DNA of 64,000 nucleotides from NCBI RefSeq assembly GCF_054482525.1, contig NZ_CM137006.1; one strand, 5' to 3'. Shown piece by piece: positions 60,609 to 64,000 of this stretch (position 1 is its first letter; each line of letters starts with the position of its first letter). The notes under the pieces were generated by a model. It saw only the letters and a program-made list of their open reading frames with translations, ran no database searches and was not told where the DNA came from. The position numbers and the translations under genes were made by a program.

Positions 60609-61811
60609 ATGACACAATTCGCTTCTCCTGTTCTGCACTCGTTGCTGGATACAGATGCTTATAAGTTGCATATGCAGCAAGCCGTGTTTCATCACTATTA
60701 CGATGTGCATGTCGCGGCGGAGTTTCGTTGCCGAGGTGACGATCTGCTGGGTATTTATGCCGATGCTATTCGTGAACAGGTTCAGGCGATGCAGCACCTG
60801 CGCCTGCAGGATGATGAATATCAATGGCTCTCAGCCCTGCCTTTCTTTAAGGCCGACTATCTTAACTGGCTACGCGAGTTCCGCTTTAACCCGGAACAAG
60901 TCACCGTGTCCAACGATAATGGCAAGCTGGATATTCGTTTAAGCGGCCCGTGGCGTGAAGTCATCCTCTGGGAAGTTCCTTTGCTGGCGGTTATCAGTGA
61001 AATGGTACATCGCTATCGCTCACCGCAGGCCGACGTTGCGCAAGCCCTCGACACGCTGGAAAGCAAATTAGCCGACTTCTCGGCATTAACCGCCGGTCTT
61101 GATATGTCGCGCTTCCATCTGATGGATTTTGGCACCCGCCGACGTTTTTCTCGTGAAGTACAAGAAACCATCGTGAAACGTCTGCAACAGGAATCCTGGT
61201 TCGTGGGCACCAGCAACTACGATCTGGCGCGTCGGCTTTCCCTCACGCCAATGGGAACACAAGCACACGAATGGTTCCAGGCGCATCAGCAAATCAGTCC
61301 GGATCTTGCCAACAGCCAGCGAGCTGCACTTGCTGCCTGGCTGGAAGAATATCCCGACCAACTTGGCATTGCATTAACCGACTGCATCACTATGGATGCT
61401 TTCCTGCGTGATTTCGGTGTCGAGTTCGCCAGTCGCTATCAGGGCCTGCGTCATGACTCCGGCGACCCGGTTGAATGGGGTGAAAAAGCCATTGCACATT
61501 ATGAGAAGCTGGGAATTGATCCACAGAGTAAAACGCTGGTTTTCTCTGACAATCTGGATTTACGCAAAGCGGTTGAGCTATACCGCCACTTCTCTTCCCG
61601 CGTGCAATTAAGTTTTGGTATTGGGACTCGCCTGACCTGCGATATCCCCCAGGTAAAACCCCTGAATATTGTCATTAAGTTGGTTGAGTGTAACGGTAAA
61701 CCGGTGGCGAAACTTTCTGACAGCCCTGGCAAAACTATCTGCCACGATAAAGCGTTTGTTCGGGCGCTGCGCAAAGCGTTCGACCTTCCGCATATTAAAA
61801 AAGCCAGTTAA
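60609..61811 (+). CDS. pncB: PncB, nicotinate phosphoribosyltransferase
   Basis: Track ORF 60561-61811; start at [39 protein letters not shown]... (400 aa). Confidence 0.95.
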   Translation: MTQFASPVLHSLLDTDAYKLHMQQAVFHHYYDVHVAAEFRCRGDDLLGIYADAIREQVQAMQHLRLQDDEYQWLSALPFFKADYLNWLREFRFNPEQVTVSNDNGKLDIRLSGPWREVILWEVPLLAVISEMVHRYRSPQADVAQALDTLESKLADFSALTAGLDMSRFHLMDFGTRRRFSREVQETIVKRLQQESWFVGTSNYDLARRLSLTPMGTQAHEWFQAHQQISPDLANSQRAALAAWLEEYPDQLGIALTDCITMDAFLRDFGVEFASRYQGLRHDSGDPVEWGEKAIAHYEKLGIDPQSKTLVFSDNLDLRKAVELYRHFSSRVQLSFGIGTRLTCDIPQVKPLNIVIKLVECNGKPVAKLSDSPGKTICHDKAFVRALRKAFDLPHIKKAS

Positions 61812-61819
61812 TATCATCA

Positions 61820-61848
61820 GGGAGCTAATCGGCTCCCTTTTTTTACCT
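61820..61848 (+). terminator. Rho-independent terminator of pncB
   Basis: GGGAGC-TAATC-GGCTCCC followed by TTTTTTT. Confidence 0.7.
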
Positions 61849-61979
61849 TTAATTCCGAAATCTTTCGCTGCATTTGCGAATTCTGCTTGTCTGATTGCAG
61901 ATGCCAGGTAACATAGGTATCCCCCCATTTACGGGTGGACAAGTGTTTATTTTTTCCGACTATTAACAGAGAGAATATT

Positions 61980-63380
61980 ATGAGCGTTGTGCCTGTAGCC
62001 GACGTACTCCAGGGCCGCGTAGCCGTTGACAGCGAAGTCACCGTACGCGGATGGGTACGTACCCGCCGAGATTCAAAAGCTGGCATCTCCTTCCTCGCCG
62101 TTTATGACGGTTCCTGCTTTGATCCTGTACAGGCTGTCATCAATAATTCTCTGCCCAATTACAATGAAGACGTCCTGCGTCTGACCACCGGTTGCTCGGT
62201 CATTGTGACGGGTAAAGTCGTGGCATCGCCGGGCCAGGGGCAACAATTTGAAATTCAGGCCAGCAAGGTTGAAGTTGCTGGTTGGGTTGAAGATCCAGAC
62301 ACTTACCCGATGGCGGCAAAACGCCACAGCATTGAGTATCTGCGTGAAGTCGCTCACCTGCGTCCGCGCACAAACCTGATTGGTGCCGTCGCGCGCGTTC
62401 GCCATACGCTGGCGCAGGCGCTGCATCGCTTCTTTAACGAGCAGGGATTCTTCTGGGTTTCAACGCCACTGATTACTGCGTCTGATACCGAAGGGGCTGG
62501 CGAAATGTTCCGCGTTTCTACGCTGGATCTGGAAAACCTGCCGCGTAACGATCAGGGCAAAGTGGATTTCGACAAAGACTTCTTTGGTAAAGAGTCTTTC
62601 CTGACCGTATCTGGCCAGTTGAACGGCGAAACCTACGCTTGCGCATTGTCCAAAATTTATACCTTCGGCCCGACTTTCCGTGCTGAAAACTCCAACACCA
62701 GCCGTCACCTGGCGGAATTCTGGATGCTGGAGCCGGAAGTGGCGTTTGCTAACCTGAACGATATCGCGGGTCTGGCTGAAGCCATGCTGAAATATGTCTT
62801 CAAAGCGGTTCTCGAAGAACGCGCTGACGACATGAAATTCTTCGCTGAACGCGTAGATAAAGATGCCGTTTCACGTCTGGAACGCTTCATTGAAGCCGAT
62901 TTTGCGCAGGTGGATTACACCGACGCAGTGACCATTCTCGAAAACTGCGGCAGGAAGTTTGAAAACCCGGTTTACTGGGGCGTCGATCTCTCTTCTGAGC
63001 ATGAGCGTTATCTGGCGGAAGAACACTTTAAAGCACCGGTAGTGGTTAAAAACTATCCGAAAGATATTAAAGCGTTCTATATGCGCCTTAACGAAGACGG
63101 TAAAACCGTTGCGGCTATGGACGTTCTGGCTCCGGGCATCGGTGAGATCATTGGTGGCTCCCAGCGTGAAGAGCGTCTGGACGTGCTGGACGAGCGTATG
63201 CTGGAAATGGGCCTGAACAAAGAAGATTACTGGTGGTATCGCGATCTGCGTCGCTACGGTACTGTTCCGCATTCCGGTTTCGGTCTTGGTTTTGAACGCC
63301 TGATTGCTTACGTAACTGGCGTGCAAAACGTGCGTGATGTGATTCCGTTCCCACGTACTCCGCGTAACGCCAGCTTCTAA
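61980..63380 (+). CDS. asnS: AsnS, asparaginyl-tRNA synthetase
   Basis: Track ORF 61935-63380; start at [45 protein letters not shown]... (466 aa), class II aaRS motifs. Confidence 0.97.
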
Positions 63381-63394
63381 TTTAGCGTCTTCAA

Positions 63395-63421
63395 GAGCCA
63401 GCACCCGCTGGCTCTTTTTTT
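63395..63421 (+). terminator. Rho-independent terminator of asnS
   Basis: AGAGCCAGC-ACCC-GCTGGCTCT followed by TTTTTTT. Confidence 0.75.
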
Positions 63422-63772
63422 ATCCTTTCTGTCAAGTTATCTGTTTGTTAAGTCAAGCAATCTATTTGCAACCCCACCATAACGATCATCCTGTTACGGA
63501 ATATTACACTGCAACATTTGCGCACAAAAAATAATCCGCATTCTTATTGCGGATTAGTTTTTTCTTAGCTGATAGCACAATTTTCATACTGTTTTTTGGC
63601 GTTCTGGATGTCTGAATGAGGATTTAGCGCCAGGTCGATAAAGTTTCCATCAGAAACAAAATTTCCGTTTAGTTAATTTAAATATAAGGAAATCATATAA
63701 ATAGATAAATATTGCTGTAAATATCATCACGCTTCTATGGAAATATGACGGTGTTCACAAAGTTCCTTAAAT

Positions 63773-63836
63773 TTTACTTTTTGTTACATATTTTTTCTTT
63801 TTGAAACCAAATCTTTATCTTTGTAGCACTTTCACG
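63773..63836 (+). promoter_or_regulatory. ompF promoter-proximal OmpR binding sites (F1-F2-F3)
   Basis: TTTACTTTTTGTTACATATTTTTTCTTTTTGAAACCAAATCTTTATCTTTGTAGCACTTTCAC: three tandem about 20-bp OmpR-type sites about 150-210 bp upstream of the ompF ATG, matching the known ompF promoter layout. Confidence 0.6.
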
Positions 63837-63982
63837 GTAGCGAAACGTTAGTTTGAATGGAAAGATGCCTGCAGACACATAAAGACACCAAACTCTCATC
63901 AATAGTTCCGTAAATTTTTATTGACAGAACTTATTGACGGCAGTGGCAGGTGTCATAAAAAAAACCATGAGGGTAATAAATA

Positions 63983-64000
63983 ATGATGAAGCGCAATATT
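63983..64000 (+). CDS. ompF: OmpF porin, first 6 codons only (gene runs off the window end)
   Basis: ATGATGAAGCGCAATATT = MMKRNI, the start of the OmpF signal peptide, preceded by GAGGG; position downstream of asnS with the OmpR sites upstream. Confidence 0.7.

Overview
This window reads as a contiguous stretch of Escherichia coli core chromosome, collinear with the K-12 torCAD-to-ompF interval (about 22-24 min) but in inverted orientation. I see no credible evidence for a novel or undescribed gene system; every long ORF is accounted for by a recognisable core gene or is an antisense shadow ORF. Gene order: torC (5' end only) - torR - torT - torS - yccM - gnsA - ymcE - cspG - cspH - appA - appX - appB - appC - hyaFEDCBA - serT tRNA - yccA - tusE - yccX - rlmI - hspQ - yccU - yccT - mgsA - helD - yccF - yccS - sxy - sulA - ompA - matP - ycbZ - fabA - rmf - pqiCBA - uup - rlmL - ycbX - zapC - pyrD - ycbF - ycbV - ycbU - elfGCDA - ssuEADCB - REP cluster interrupted by an IS - pepN - pncB - asnS - ompF (first codons only). 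All identifications rest on reading the six-frame translations against remembered E. coli protein sequences and lengths; no database search was run. Three things distinguish this strain from K-12: (1) a 1432-bp IS3-family element, most likely IS1397, inserted inside a REP palindromic unit between ssuB and pepN with a 4-bp GTCA target duplication; (2) cspH and appA abut tail-to-tail with overlapping 3' ends, so the roughly 10 kb etk-etp-gfcEDCBA plus IS1 segment that K-12 carries there is absent and the AppA C-terminus is altered; (3) an ompA allele with variant surface loops. Coordinates taken from the ORF track are exact; coordinates I counted by hand (small genes, tRNA, IS ends, binding sites, hairpins) may be off by 1-2 nt.
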